Positions 14,786-29,217 of a stretch of DNA of 64,000 nt are shown piece by piece. Each line of letters starts with the position of its first letter. Within the stretch, counting starts at the first letter, position 1. The DNA is from Eledone cirrhosa (Eukaryota), in assembly GCA_964016885.1 (NCBI GenBank), contig OZ024751.1, forward strand, positions 47,368,001 through 47,432,000, read 5' to 3'. The position numbers and the translations under genes are program-made. The notes under the pieces are model-generated. The model was not told the DNA's origin. It ran no database searches and was given only the letters and a program-made list of their open reading frames with translations.

Positions 14786-14929
14786 ATATAACTCCCTCAA
14801 AATCAAACCTTCTGTCCTCCAAAAGAAGACATTGGACAACATATTCATAGATATAGAATAAGACACGATAGTCATGGTTGGAATGTATTTTAAAGTAGGT
14901 CTTCTCAATCAGGATAGATATCATGCTAA

Positions 14930-15340
14930 AGCACACCACCACCACCACCACCACCACCACCACCACCACAACCACGACGACCACCACCACCACTACCACC
15001 ACCACCATCACCACCATCATCACCACAACCACCATCACCACAAACACCACCACCACCAACACCACCATCACCATCACCACCATCACCACCACCACCACCA
15101 ATACCACCACCACCACCACCACCACCACCACCACCACCACCACCACGACCACCACCCCCACTACCACCACCACCACCACCAGCACCACCACCACCATCAT
15201 AATCACCATCATAATCACCACCACCACCACCACCACCACCATCATAATCACAACCACCACCACCACCTCAACCATCACCACCATCATCACCATCATCTCC
15301 ATCATCATCATCATCATCATTACCATTATTATTATTATTG
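14930..15340. repeat. Degenerate (CAC)n/(CAT)n trinucleotide repeat
   Basis: Direct reading. Confidence 0.95.
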
Positions 15341-15430
15341 CTTAGTTTTTGCTGCTTTTTATCTTGTTCTTTTTCTACATCTTTTTCACGTTTTCCTTAT
15401 TTCCTCCCAATTATTATTATCATTATAATT

Positions 15431-15515
15431 TCATCCTTACAGGGTCGATAAAATAAAGTACCAGTAATACACTGGGATAATTCCTGGCTTTGTGCCAAAA
15501 GTAGAAACAATTATT
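15431..15515 (+). mobile_element. SINE family 1, 3' fragment
   Basis: TCATCCTTACAGGGTCGATAAAATAAAGTACCAG...GTGCCAAAAGTAGAAACAATTATT. Confidence 0.85.
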
Positions 15516-15742
15516 AAATTGTAATTATATTTTTAAATTATTATTATCATTATAATATTATTATCATTATCAAATTATAATTATATTAAATTATTTATTA
15601 TTATATTATTATCATTATTAAAAACATTATTAAATTATTATTATCATTATTCTTTCCTTTGATTTCTCTTTATATTCAATACCTACCAAGTGTCAACCAG
15701 ATTCTTAGGTCAGGTATCTCGTTGGTTTTGACAGTTTCCGAT

Positions 15743-15916
<174 letters not shown>

Positions 15917-16613
15917 CGCGTTTCACTTGTCCCAATAGCTTATTTTAGTTATTGCTCGCACCAACCTGAGGTATATGATTTTTAATGCGATGAAATACCA
16001 ATGATCGTTGGCAAATCACTGATGAGGGACTAATTTTATAATATGTAATCCATGTGCAACCATGCAGTATTCTTCTCCCCATGTTTTTCATATATTTACC
16101 TAAACTGCGATTATCTGTTTCTCTCTTTCTCTCTTACTGCTCCCCTGTTCTCTCTGTTTCTCTTACCTTCTTTCGTCCCCTCTGTCAGTTAACACTTTCT
16201 CTCGACTGACCTCCTCCTCGCACTTCCACTCACTCACTCTCTGTTTCTCCCCTTCTCACTTCCTCCCGTTCGCTAGGAGAGGGATTCTTTCTTTCTCACA
16301 TCCCCTTCACAGCGAAAGGTCTGTTTCCTGAGCGCTCACGAAATTCACCCAGCTTATGCTGATCGGATAACCATGTTGCTTGTTTTTCTTCCCATCTTCG
16401 GTTAGCTTTTCCTCCTATGTTGTTTACTTGTCTCACTCGCTTTACGCGATTCACTTGTCCCAATAGCTTATTTTAGTTATTGCTCGCACCAACCTGAGGT
16501 ATATGATTTTTAATGCGATGAAATACCAATGATCGTTGGCAAATCACTGATGAGGGACTAATTTTATAATATGTAATCCATGTGCAACCATGCAGTATTC
16601 TTCTCCCCATGTT

Positions 16614-16620
<7 letters not shown>
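15917..16620 (+). mobile_element. Probable PLE 3' remnant with tandem ~178-bp pLTR-like repeats (family G)
   Basis: 15917-16094 is repeated at 16443-16620 around a CT-rich core and contains CTGATGAGGGA; relatives at 3340-3405 (+) and 49830-50085 (-). Confidence 0.65.
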
Positions 16621-16689
<69 letters not shown>

Positions 16690-16734
16690 TATATATGTAT
16701 ATAATATACATTATATATATATATTATATATATG

Positions 16735-16802
<68 letters not shown>

Positions 16803-16846
16803 ATATTAAATAAATGGAAACTATATTTATAAAACCCTATTTATTC

Positions 16847-16908
16847 TATTTCCATTATATATATTTCAAGGGTATCAAAACTTTGGTACGCTCTCATCAG
16901 ATAAAATA
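16847..16908 (-). ncRNA. Hammerhead ribozyme, family A
   Basis: UAUUUUAU-CUGAUGA-stem II-GAAA uauaua UA-AUGGAAAUA, inside a family A remnant at 16797-17180. Confidence 0.7.
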
Positions 16909-17185
16909 CAAAGTTTGTTTTATAAATATTGACATACCCAGGAAAGAATAACTTAACGGTTCAAGTTTTTCCTGGATAGTGAAGGAAAGAAGGGAAAGAG
17001 AAGAAAAGTAAAAAATTTCAAATTATTAAGATGAGTATGCAAATAAGGTTGAGGTATAGGTGTTTATAACTGATTCAAAGCACTCGACAGATTTACTGGA
17101 GTATAATATTCAAGTGTCGAGTGCTTTGAATCAGTTATAAACATTTATTTTTGTTAAATTACCAACAATTTGAATATCCCTTTTG

Positions 17186-17272
<87 letters not shown>

Positions 17273-17324
17273 GAATATATGAGAGGGATGAACACCGATA
17301 TAAGTATACATGTGTTCCGATTGC

Positions 17325-17372
<48 letters not shown>

Positions 17373-17769
17373 ACGACTCGGAAAGATTCCCTTCTTTGAG
17401 CTATTTAATTGTAAAAGACTATTTTTAGTTTCTAAATCAATCTATGATATAAATAATATATATATGTATATTTTATAGTAATAATAATAAATGTGAAGAC
17501 TAAATTCTAAAGAGGGCTCGATAAGGATAAATATATATCAAATATATAAGAGGGTTCTTATATATTTGATATAAATAGCAACCGAGAAACAGAACAATAT
17601 TATGGAACCCAATAAAAAAAAGACTGGTACGTAGAGAAAAGAGGGTGCTTTAAAGAAAACGGGAATAGCAAAAACACAGGTGTGATAATAAAGAAGCAGA
17701 ATACCGACAACTAGAGGAAACCAAAGAAGTTATGGAACATAATCAACGAAGTATGGGGCACATAGTATC

Positions 17770-18282
17770 AGTAAGTTTAACTCTGATGTTTATTAACGGA
17801 CCAGGAATATAAATACTTAAGAATTAAAACAAAACAGGTAAACGGCCTACAAAACAAAGTAATTGACAACTTATGCAGACATTTTTCACAGGTTTCAGAA
17901 TTTTTAACTTGATTTGATAGGATTCGTTTAGGTAATTAAGTTGCAAGGAATGCAACGGAAATGTTGATACCACAAAATAAATTTTAAATGAAAGGTGAAA
18001 AGTGAATTTAACAGTTTTTGTGTGTGCTTTGAATGGCTAGAATGATATATATATATATATATGAAAAAGTAAGACCCCGATGGCAGAGCTCAAGCCGCTT
18101 CGACGGCTATTTCTGGAAATAGCCGTTTACCTGTTTTGTTTTGTTTTAATTCTTAAGTATTTGTATTCCTGGTCCGTTAATAAACATCAGAGTTTAATAG
18201 TCCAGAAATAGCCGTCGAAACGGCTTGAGCTCTGCCGTCGGGGTCTTAGTTTTTCCTATTTCCCACTCTACTGCCCTAAGTA
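17770..18282. repeat. Family C element with nested inversions
   Basis: 17778-17846 is inverted at 18122-18195; 18065-18127 is inverted at 18200-18255. Confidence 0.75.
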
Positions 18283-21200
18283 TCCTGATCCTTCTTCCGA
18301 AATGATATCGGAAGAAACGGACCAGTTGTTGGCCAGAGAGAAAGGTGCCTGACCTCAGTCCTTTCAGACGCGTCCACCATACAACCTCTTTCACCATGGC
18401 TATTACGCACAGAAACACCGCCTCTCCTTCATTTTTGAAGGGGGGAGGCGGCTTGATCGTTACAATAGACTCGGTGGTCAACCGGATCGGTCCCACCCTT
18501 GACAGCAGTTGTTCGACATAGCCCCACAGATCGGCTACGCCCGAGCAGTGTACCAATGCGTGTGCAACGGTTTCCTCGTAGCACACGTATCTGGGACAGA
18601 TCTTTTTGGCGGGGTCCCTACCCGGGCGCCCGTGTCTGTAGAGCTTTTCTCTAACGGGTAGAGCCCCTCGGTAGCACTGCCAGGCCAGGGACTTCTGGAA
18701 GTTGTCCATAGGTCCCGGGCTGAATGTCCTACCGAACAGGCTGGCCAGTTCGTCTTCCTCCATGTCTAGGGCTTCTCCGAGGGCGTCGTCGCACCTGCTG
18801 CGTACCAGCCCTCTATAGAATGTTGCGGTGGATTCTCCACTGATTAGCGGATCCGCCTGCCAGAGGACGGTGAGCGCCTGGGCACACTCAGTGTGCCAGG
18901 CGCCCAGTTTTCTCGGTCTTTGCTTGACCCAGGATTGCAGCTCGGTGAGTGAGACGAGTCTGGGAAAGGTTCGTCTCACAAACGAGGCCCACACCGGTTG
19001 ACCGGAGAGGAATACGTGGAGGTGCCGTAGCCTTAATGCGTGTTTACGCATCATTAGCCACGGCATCCCCAGCCCTTTTTTCGAAGGGTGTTGACAGCAG
19101 ATGGATCTCCTCACCATAGGAGCCCGCCTCTTCCAAAGGAATTGGAAGAGCGCGCGCTCCATCTTGGCGAGGGTTTCCCTTGGGCAAGGCACGACGGTCA
19201 GGCGGTAGTAGATGACGGACGCTATATAGGTGTTCGCCACGTCCGCCCGACCTTTCAGGGATAGTTTGCAACTGGCCAACTTCTGGGTCAGTGCAAACAC
19301 CCTGTTCGTAACCTCCGCCCAGTTCTTCTCCACCTGGAGGTCTGGTCCGAACCAGACCCCGAGCAACTTCACCGGACCCTCCGTCCAGCGTCCGACGACG
19401 CCATCGGAGGGCATCGGTTTGCCCCTCCACGTGCCGAGTTGCAAACCGATCGACTTGTCCCGGTTCAGCTTAGCCCCTGTGAACCTTTCGTACTCCTCCA
19501 GTAAGGTGCCGATCGCCCCGATTTCGGAGGCCGTCGACACTATTACTGTCACGTCATCGGCGTAGGCCGACACCGCTTTCCGCAATCCCGGTTCCAAAGG
19601 GATGCCCTGCAACAACTCCAACTTCCGCAGTAGTGGCTCGAGAGTCAATACATACAGAAGAGAGGAGAGAGGGCACCCTTGTCGGATGGACCGCGCGATT
19701 TCGAACGGCTCCGAGAGGTAGCCGTTCACCTTGACTCTAGAGCAGATGCGACTGCTGTGCATAGCAGTGATCCAGCCCCTGAAAACGGGTTCAAAGCCTG
19801 CCGCCGCTAGCACCGCATCCAGGTAACCATGGTCGACCCTATCGAACGCCTTAGATTGATCCAAGTTGATCAGAGCCCCACCAAAGCCGGGTTCGTTCCC
19901 AACCCTCTCTATGATGTATCGCATGAGGTGGAGGTTGTCATGGATGGACTTGGACGGGATAGCACATATCTGCGCATCTCCCACCAGGTTGCCCACGACA
20001 AGCGCCAACCTCTTTGCTAGCACCTTGGCCAAAATCTGTAACTCTGTATTTAGCAGAGTTATGGGCCTGAAGTTACTTATTTCGTCCCCCTTGTTCTCGT
20101 CCATCCTCACTAGCGTGACTACGCCCTTGGTCACAGCGCAGGGAATTCTCCCGTTCTGTTGCCAGTTGCAGTAGACCGCCTCGAGGAGATCGGGGAACAA
20201 GTCCGGCATAGCTAGATATAGTTCGTATGGAAGACCATCGAGACCCGGGGATTTGCGTTTGCCGCATTGGCTCAGCACGTCCTCTATCTCAGCGGCTGAA
20301 ATCGGCTCATCGCAGGACTTCGCCTCCCTGTCCGAGAGACGCGGCAGGCCGTCGAGGTATGGACTGAAGTCCACATCCCCAACCGGCTCCCCGCCCCTTC
20401 CGAACAATCGGGCAAAGTGCTTTTGAAAGGCCTCACACATCTGCTTAGGTTCAAGGATCGCCCGTCCATCCTGGTCTCGAAAAGACCGGATGGTGGATTT
20501 AGTTCCACTCTTGGCTTCTGTCACGCGGACCCAGCTAACAGCTTTGGTCCCCTCGTTCCCTAGAGCACGTATTTTACTTCGGACAACGCAGCCTTCGTGC
20601 TTCGCGTCGAAAATCTCAAAGCCGTTCTCGACGTTAGCACTCTGGCCACGTCGCCGCTTCTAATTGCCTCTTCTACTCTATCTATCAGTTCCCTTTCCTT
20701 CCTATTCCTATCCGCAGCTAGAACCTTACTAAATTCTATCGAGACTAATCTAATCTCTCTCTTTAGAGATACCCACCACCTGCTGTTAACGATCGCTCCA
20801 GTCAACCGCTCCTTAACTAACGTACTAATCCGGTCCCTGTAAGCTTTACTAGCCGGTAAGGACAAGTTCAGCTTCCAGTAACCGGGGCCCTGTCTATGCG
20901 TTCTATCAAGGTTGACCATGCAGGTCACCAACTTGTGGTCTGAATAGCCAACCATGAGCATTACTGGACAACTTAAAAAGTCCCTGTCCTTATTTCTAAC
21001 TAAAAACCTATCTAGGTACGACCTAGATGATCCGCTGCGATTTGACCAAGACCAGGTTGGCACCGTCGGAAAATCTAGTCGAAATCTATCGGCCAGGTAA
21101 AATCGGCCGAGTAACCCCTTGAGGCTGTTGCACCCCTCTCTATCGGGACATGCCCCTGCATAGTCCCAACGTGCATCCAGGATACCATTCCAGTCCCCCA

Positions 21201-21615
21201 CTAAAAGCAGGGAACGGGACGTCCCTAGAAAAGACTCCAGACACTGGAAAAAGTCGGGCCGCTCTTTCCCAAAAGGGGCATATGCGGCTACCAGCCTAAA
21301 GGCTCCACCTTCACCACTGCCAAGGTCCAGCACCACCAGTCAACCCCCTGGGTCCAAGTGAATTATCTGTGTGGCAAGACCCAGATGTTTTTGCAGCAGA
21401 ACGACAACCCCACCCCCACCTCTGGGCTGACAGAGAGATGCATGCATCTCAAAGTCGTCAAAGGTGGGGGCTAGCTGTCGCATGCTGCTGATCCGGGCCT
21501 CGCAGATAACCATCACATTTATAGATCGTGACCTGAGGCCATTTAGAAGCATTGCTTGCTTCCAAGATGAGCCCAGGCCACGCGCATTTAGACACCCTAC
21601 TCTCAGCACAGCCAT
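18283..21615 (-). pseudogene. Tx1 ORF2 (APE endonuclease and reverse transcriptase)
   Basis: EN motifs CLNARGL, ICE, YAP, GDWN, YLDRF, SDHK; RT motifs SPGLDG, FRPITLLN, LDQSKAFDRV, IRQGCPLS, AYADD. Broken near 21340 and 20560. Confidence 0.95.
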
Positions 21616-21639
21616 GTTGGTGGTAAAGAGAAAAGGCAC

Positions 21640-23543
21640 TTACCTCTCTGCGTCCAGGGAAGCGGGCCGCTCAATTTCCATGCTGGTTGGGGATAGGTTG
21701 TTGGGTGGGGTGGTGGTTTGTGGACGTGTAGGGGCATCAGTGTGTTGTGGGGTTGGGGTGTTTGTGGTTGAGTGGGTGTCTGGGTGGGGGGTGGTGACAT
21801 TTTTTAGGAGGACGCGGTTGATTGGCTTGGCGCAGGGGGGGGGGGGGGGGGCACGTCCTCCGTGAAATTTATTTTCAACGTTTTATATAAGTTCATTGGG
21901 ACTTTAATCATTTGTAAATGAGGTAGTCCCACAGTAGTTATAAAGTTAGGCCCGTCAGTTTGTACCGAAGGGTTTGACGAAATTGTGTTCATTAGTTCTT
22001 TGTTGTTTGTGTTCATGTATGTATATTGTAAAGTCTTTTTTTGCGTAGCAGTTAGTGTTGTGTGACGGGGGGGGGGGGGGTTGTATATAGTTTGTGTTCT
22101 CTTGGGGAGGGTTAATGTTAACAAGTGTGTCTGTGGTGCGCCTCCTCTTCTTTCTTTTTACTGTTTGGAAGGGCTCTTTTTCGTCTTGCGACGAAAGGGG
22201 TTCGTCTTTGTTGTTGGGTGGGAGGGTATGTTTTCTGGTAGTGTTTGCGGTGTGTGTGTTTTTGTGTTTGTTTTGGGTGGGGAGGGGGTGGGTGGGACAG
22301 TGTTCTGTGTTGTTTTTTCACGTGTTTGATGTTGTTGTTGTGGTGGTGGTGGTGTTGTTGGTTTTTGTTGTTGTTGTTGTGGTTGTTTTTGTTGTTGTTG
22401 TTGGGGTGTTGTTGGTGTTGGTGTTGGTTGTTGGGGTGTTGGTAGCAATGGTTTTTTCTGTGTGAGCTGGGGACAGGCAGCCCTCAGGTGACCTCTATTG
22501 CCACAGATGTAACAGGAGGGACGCCTACCCTCCACAATAATGTTGAGGTGGGTACGGTCATCCAGCATGACGCGCTCAGGGATTTGGGCGAAACGTTCTG
22601 GCCTTATTTGGGTCAGAACTTCAATGCTCGTTCCACTGAACGCGTCGCCGGATGCCTTCCCTATTGATATGAGGATGTCATCGTCTAAGTTGAGGAAACC
22701 GGTTAGTAACCACCCGTAGTTTATGTTTGGGGTGATGGTGGTTATCCATATTCTTTGGGTTTTTTTACCCATGTAGGTGGGGAAAAATGTGTAATGTCTG
22801 GAACGAATTGGCAATTCGTCTTTCATCAATATGGATAAACTCCCATAGAGTTTATCCTTTTGTATGAAAATAATGTCTTTCATAGCCTCTTTCAGGACTA
22901 ACTGAATTTCAGCTTGAGATGGTTGTGCTGGTTTTTTTGTTTTGTTGTCAATTGTACGGAATACAACAGTTCGTAATTCCGTCTGTTTTTTTAGTTCTGG
23001 GGGCGAATTGATAGAAAACGATCAATTTTCGCCAAACGATACATATTTTTTTGCTTTTTCAAGCATTTCTTTTGCATTTGATATATCTTCAAGCACATAT
23101 GTGACTGATATTTTAGCAGTTTGTGCAAAAGATATTTTGTTTTCGTTGTTGGTGTTTGTATTGTTTTGTTTCTCGTCAGTTGAGTTGTTTTCATTTTTGT
23201 TGTTGTTGTCTTTCTCGTTTGGTGTGGTGGTAGATGGATAGATAGATAGATAGTTTTCATTTTCTGTATTTTTTGGTGTCTGTTGTGGGCTGTTATTTTC
23301 ATTTTTTGTTGTCGGAATTTCCATTTCTTTACGAAAGGAAGTGTTTTCTACATATATATCTTTCTGTGTGTGGATACATGTGACGTTTGTGACGTCAGGC
23401 GTGTTCAGTTGCTAACAAGCAGCTAGATGTTGAGGCGATGTTGGCCTTTCTTTGTCCATGTCTGCTACTACCTGCTGGTCAAGTAGGCATGGCTTTCCCT
23501 TCCCATCTTCTTGTTTTGGCAAAGAAGTAGGTGCTTCGGCCAT
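21640..23543 (-). pseudogene. Tx1 ORF1 (gag-like, zinc knuckle)
   Basis: ATG at 23543 is in frame with ORFs 23022-23324 and 22158-22883 (two premature stops). Contains CYICGNRGHLRAAC and a low-complexity P/T/Q tail with frameshifts in poly-C runs. Confidence 0.8.
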
Positions 23544-24322
23544 TTTTTTAAAAATGTACTGTTTTGCAAAAATATTTTCGAAGATATATTGGATGTTTTT
23601 GCCCTGAGGGGCACGATATTTTGGAGGAGTGACCAGATCAAAATTTGACCTGTCAGTCCCTCTACAAATTGGTATAAAATTAAAAGTTCACAATGACGAA
23701 TTTCTAAGGAAATTTAAACAAAACTTACCGAGCAAGTTTAACACGTGTCCGTCCCAAGATAGATCGATAGATAGGTAGATAGATAGAGAAAGAGAGACAA
23801 AGACTGAGACAAAAAGATATATATATATAGAGAGAGAGAGAGGGGGGGGGGGGAGAAAGAAAGAGAGACTAGCTGAAATATTTCAAAAGTAAAGAATAAA
23901 GAATACATTATATTCTATTTGTGTTCTTTTAGATAAGTTAAAAAAATAAGTAGAAACAAACCAAAACATAAATAAAATAAATAAACAAACAAGCAAACAA
24001 AATCAAACAAATAAATAAATAAATAAATAAATCGAAAAATAAACTTAACGAAAGAGATGTCTGTCCCGGATATTGATGTTTTTTAAAAACAATTATTGGA
24101 GGAAGAAAAGGTTAATTTCTAGTTGAAAAAACAATGAGTTATATATTTGAATATTGACTGTTGGCGACCATTCCAAATTGATAGCAGTAATGTCGGCTTG
24201 TTCCGGTCTCCGAGTTGGAAAGCACGACTGCAGAAAAGACCAATCACTTGTTTAAACATCTCAGATAATATAAAGTTTCCTTGGGAATGGTGATGCCAAG
24301 GTAAACAACTCAATAACAATCT

Positions 24323-24414
<92 letters not shown>

Positions 24415-24444
24415 CATTCTCACAAGCTCCGATGAATTGACTGG

Positions 24445-24734
24445 TTACAACTTTGTATTGGTGATCGAATAACGTGAAAATAAGCGGGTAGTGATCTCTA
24501 GACCTACCAGTTCAGAGAAACAATTGTCAGCAATGAGATTAAAAACCTTTTTTGTATAGCAAACCGTGTCAATCTTCTTTCCTGATTTATCATTACTCCA
24601 AGTGTTTACAACATAGGAATTACAGTGTACTCGCAACATCACTATGGAAACGCCCTGTTGAGTCAAACTTAGCCAAGCGTTGATATCATCCACTACCCGG
24701 AGTACCATAACTGGACTACACTTAAGTGGACTAC
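24445..24734 (-). CDS. Candidate terminal exon of an unknown host gene
   Basis: Acceptor TTATTGTTATAG|GT at 24735; only the phase-1 frame is open (GSPLKCSPVMVLRVVDD...TNTKL*). No family recognised. Confidence 0.3.
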
Positions 24735-24757
24735 CTATAACAATAATTTGTTACCCC

Positions 24758-24815
<58 letters not shown>

Positions 24816-24860
24816 GTCTACCTCCCCCCCTCTCTCTCTCTCTCTCTCTGTCTCTCTCTT

Positions 24861-24905
<45 letters not shown>

Positions 24906-24962
24906 ACGCCCCTCTCTCTCTGTCTATATATATATATATATATATATATGTCTACCTCTCCC

Positions 24963-25046
<84 letters not shown>

Positions 25047-25220
25047 CGTTTATGAAATCAATCAAGTCTGCTGAACATAGATCCTGGCATAGTAACATTA
25101 CATGTGACATTAAATTCGTAACCTTTGAACATAAAACCTTACGTAGAATATTAGAATTGGAAAGAAGCGATGGCAAGATCGTACGAACAACGAAAGATCC
25201 CCCCCCTCTCTCTCTCTCTT

Positions 25221-25256
<36 letters not shown>

Positions 25257-25356
25257 TATATATATATATATATGAAACACAGGCAGATGTCTGACAGAGT
25301 ATATATTAGTATAACAAACACAATTTCAATGTTATACTATATGACAATTTTTTTAA

Positions 25357-25529
25357 TACTTTTGGCACAAGGCCAGCAATTAACCAGTACATTACTGGTA
25401 CTTTATTTTATCGACCCCGTAAGGATGAAAGGCAAAGTTAACCTCGGCGGGATTTGAAGTCAGTCCGTAAAGGGACGTAACTATGCTGGACAGCATGGAG
25501 TCCGGCTCTCTACCGATACTGCCAATCCC
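25357..25529 (-). mobile_element. SINE family 1
   Basis: Head GGATTGGCAGTATCGG, B-box-like GTTCAAATCC, and the conserved body. Confidence 0.9.
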
Positions 25530-25939
25530 AATAAAACACACACACAGGCATATGTGGGACAGTATATATTAGTATAACAAACACAATTTGAATAACATGC
25601 TATATGACAATGAAGAAATGTCGGTGCCTAATACAAGAACAAATCTGAAGTGAACATGTTGGAGACAATCCAATAATTATGATGAGGAATATTAAAGTGA
25701 AATTTTAAGAATTAAATTTAGTTATTTTTTTTTCTCTTTTGTTTTGTGTTTTTTGCTTCTTTGTGTTTTCACTCCTTTGTTTGTTTGTTTTGTTCATCAA
25801 CTCCAGGTTAAAACATGTTACTCAATATTAAAATAGAATATTAATGAATCAATAGCAATGTACTAAAAATAAGGTTGAGGCAAAGAAATACATTGGAAAT
25901 ATCGCTGATGTAATTTATGCAATACCACAAGCTATAACA

Positions 25940-26038
25940 CTGTTACTGCTACTACTACTGCTGCTACTACTACTACTGCTACTACTAGTACTGCTGCTGT
26001 TGCTACTACTACTACTACTGCTGCTGTTGTTGCTGCTG

Positions 26039-26096
<58 letters not shown>

Positions 26097-26120
26097 CAAA
26101 ACCACACCCACCACCATCAT

Positions 26121-26211
<91 letters not shown>

Positions 26212-26212
26212 G

Positions 26213-26266
<54 letters not shown>

Positions 26267-26280
26267 TCACCGCCACCACC

Positions 26281-26376
<96 letters not shown>

Positions 26377-26410
26377 GTTGCTGCTGCTGTTGCTGCTGCT
26401 GCTACTGCTA
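25940..26410. repeat. (CTA)n/(CCA)n/(CTG)n trinucleotide repeat
   Basis: Direct reading. Confidence 0.95.
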
Positions 26411-27074
26411 CCTTTGAAATCAATGGGATTACAATATGGTGGAATATAAGTTAAGAAAAGAAGAAGTAACGAAAATTCATTCCAGGAATAATAACAGAGA
26501 AAATATATGGAAATGTGGACCATCTGAGAGCAAGATACAATACTACTGTTCAAATATACAAATCTAAGAAAACAGATGAATTTAACAGAAAAATAACTCC
26601 ACATAAACCAAACCAAAACAAAACAAAAGATACTGATCGAACAAATAAATGAATTTAGGGATTTGAGAGAGAAAAGTAAATAAAATGATATATAAAACGA
26701 ATGAAATATAGGGAGAAAATAAACAAAGGTTTTTTCCTGGGAGATCTGCAGCAAAACTATATGAATTGAAATTCGACTTTTTGAAAAAAAAATTAAACGA
26801 ATAAATATTGGAATTTTCTTTAAAATATCGGAGATGAAATGATAAAGAACATATAGACAAAATAATTTAATTTAATATTACTAAAAGATATAAAGAATGT
26901 TATGGTATTCTATTGAAACACTGTAGAAAAATATATATTTCCTAAAACGAAAGGGGAATGAGAAAGGGGTAACTGGATTAGCTAAAATTGATTAGCTACA
27001 AATAATGAATTCGTTTATTCTTTTACTGGTTTAAATCCTTATGATGTGGCCATGCTGGGGCACCATTATATAAC

Positions 27075-27259
27075 GATTGGCAATATCGGTAGAGGGTCGG
27101 ACGCCATGCTTTGCAGCAAAGAGTTACGGCCGTTTATGGTCTGAGTTCAAATCCCGCCGAGGTTAACTTTGCCTTTCATCCTTACGGGGTCGATAAAATA
27201 AAGTACCAGTAATACACTGCGATAATTGCTGGCCTTGTGACAAAAGTAGAAACAATTAT
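27075..27259 (+). mobile_element. SINE family 1
   Basis: Full head to AACAATTAT tail. Confidence 0.9.
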
Positions 27260-27281
27260 ATAACTTATTTCAAGGACAAAC

Positions 27282-27470
27282 AATAATTGTTTCTACTTTT
27301 GGCACAAGGCCAGCAAATACCCAGTGTATTACTGGTACTTTATTTCATCGAGCCCGTAAGGAGGAAAGGCAAAGTTAACCTCGGCGGGATTTGAACTCAG
27401 ACCGTAAATGGCCGTAACTCTATGCTGCAAAGCATGGCCACCGACTCTCTACCGATACTGTCAATCCACC
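27282..27470 (-). mobile_element. SINE family 1 (tail-to-tail with the previous copy)
   Basis: Reverse complement of the same consensus, 22 bp from the previous copy. Confidence 0.9.
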
Positions 27471-27959
27471 AAATAATGCTTCAGACTTTGATGTGTCAAT
27501 GATTTTCTAAAAAGCTCAGGTAATACCTGTGATACAATAAAGTTTACAGGACTGAGATAATGCTGCTGGTATTACACAATAAAACATCCTTGATCCCTCC
27601 CCAATTCAAAATATGGCCACTCGGTTGATTAGCAAATACTCAGTTAACTGACTCGTCTAACCACCAGCTCACAGATGCACTGTTTCCTCTTTTTGTTTCT
27701 TCCATCACTACTTGTTATGTTATAGATATTTGGATGGTAGACTTAATTTGACACCTGGTTAAACACCACAACCTGATTCTTAGATGCTTTTTAGCAGAGA
27801 GTGGGGTCAACTCTATTGCTGGTATTCAAGGTGACTTTCCCACCCGGGATACCTTTATCTGAGTTCACTATATTTTAAACCTTCAAACCGGGTCTCAGAT
27901 CAGAGTCATGATTTCATTTTTCATTTTCCACCCCAAAGTCAGAAAGGCTCTGAAAAATA

Positions 27960-28325
27960 TGATGGCAACTGTTCTTTTTTCTCTAACTAAACCATACCAT
28001 CATGGCTGATGTGTTCCCTTCTCTAACTAAACCATACCATCATGGCTGCTGTGTTCCCTTCTCTAACTAAACCATACCATGGTGGCTGCTGTCCTCTCTT
28101 CTCTAACTATGCCATGCCATCATGGTTGTTGTCCTACCTTCTCTAAGTATGTCATACAATAATTGTTTCTACTTTTGGCACAAGGCCAGCAATTACCCAG
28201 TTCATTACTGGTACTTTATTTTATCGACCCCGTAAGGATGAAAAGCAAAGTTAACCTCGGCGGGATACAATAATGACAGCTATTCATACAATAATGACAG
28301 CTATTCTTCCTTCTCTAAATAAACC
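27960..28325. repeat. 40-bp minisatellite (~6 units) interrupted by a truncated family 1 SINE (28158-28265, minus)
   Basis: CTCTAACTAAACCATACCATCATGGCTGCTGTGTTCCCTT at 27981, 28021, 28061, 28101 and 28141. Confidence 0.9.
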
Positions 28326-28507
28326 TACAAAAAAAAAAAGCTAATTCCCTTTTCATAGAAAGACAGGTAGAATGTAAGATACAAGTGAAAGAAACTTTAA
28401 TTAAATACTGAAGTTTTCTTGTAATAGACACAATTTTTTTATAATTTTATTTTCATATAATTATTTTAGTTGAATATATACTCAGATAATATTATCAGAT
28501 ACAAAAA

Positions 28508-28538
<31 letters not shown>

Positions 28539-29165
28539 GCTAAGCCCCTATTATTATGGGAGCTATGAGGCAAGGATTAAGAAAACAATGGAAAGGCTTT
28601 AATATCCAATTACGATTTCACGAGTTATTTCATTTTCATTAATTGAAAAGAAACTCATTTCCTGAAATGCTGGAACTAAATCTTCTCTCACGGTATACAA
28701 ACTAATAACTATTTCGACATTTTAGCGACACAGGCCATTAAGTATTTTTACAGGACTCAAGTAGATTTTTTTCTTCCTTTGGTTCTATTACGCCATTTTG
28801 GAAATGTATGAATGCTACAGTGTCTCCATTCTAAAAGAAACCGATATCTAGTGGGGAGAGTTAACTATTAAAGGACTCAGTTCACTTCGATAAATGGACC
28901 AACAAGAGCACCGAAAAAAAAAAAAAATCGATAGATTATTTCAGCAACAAATATATTTCAGTTGAGTATCGATATTTTTCCTTCTATTCATAGAATCATT
29001 TCAAAAAAGTATATTATTTTCTCAGCATTCATACTTCAACTGCTTTGAAACTTCTGGTGATTAAGAATACACGAATGCTTGGATTGAATAGATGCAGAGA
29101 GGCGGAATGGTCGGGAAAGTAGGGTATGAGATCATAAATATATATCTATAGCTTCTCTCTCTTTC

Positions 29166-29217
<52 letters not shown>

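Larger units (their letters stand above)
18283..23757 (-). mobile_element. Near full-length, decayed L1/Tx1-clade LINE
   Basis: 5'UTR, ORF1 with a CCHC knuckle, and ORF2 with APE endonuclease, RT and a C-terminal Cys motif. About 420 bp of the 3' end is missing; the 5' flank is (GATA)n. Confidence 0.95.

Noticed and set aside
18194-18282. C-terminal extension of Tx1 ORF2 (LRAVEWEIGKTK...)
   Set aside because: Read-through into the adjacent family C repeat after loss of the LINE 3' end; not a real domain.
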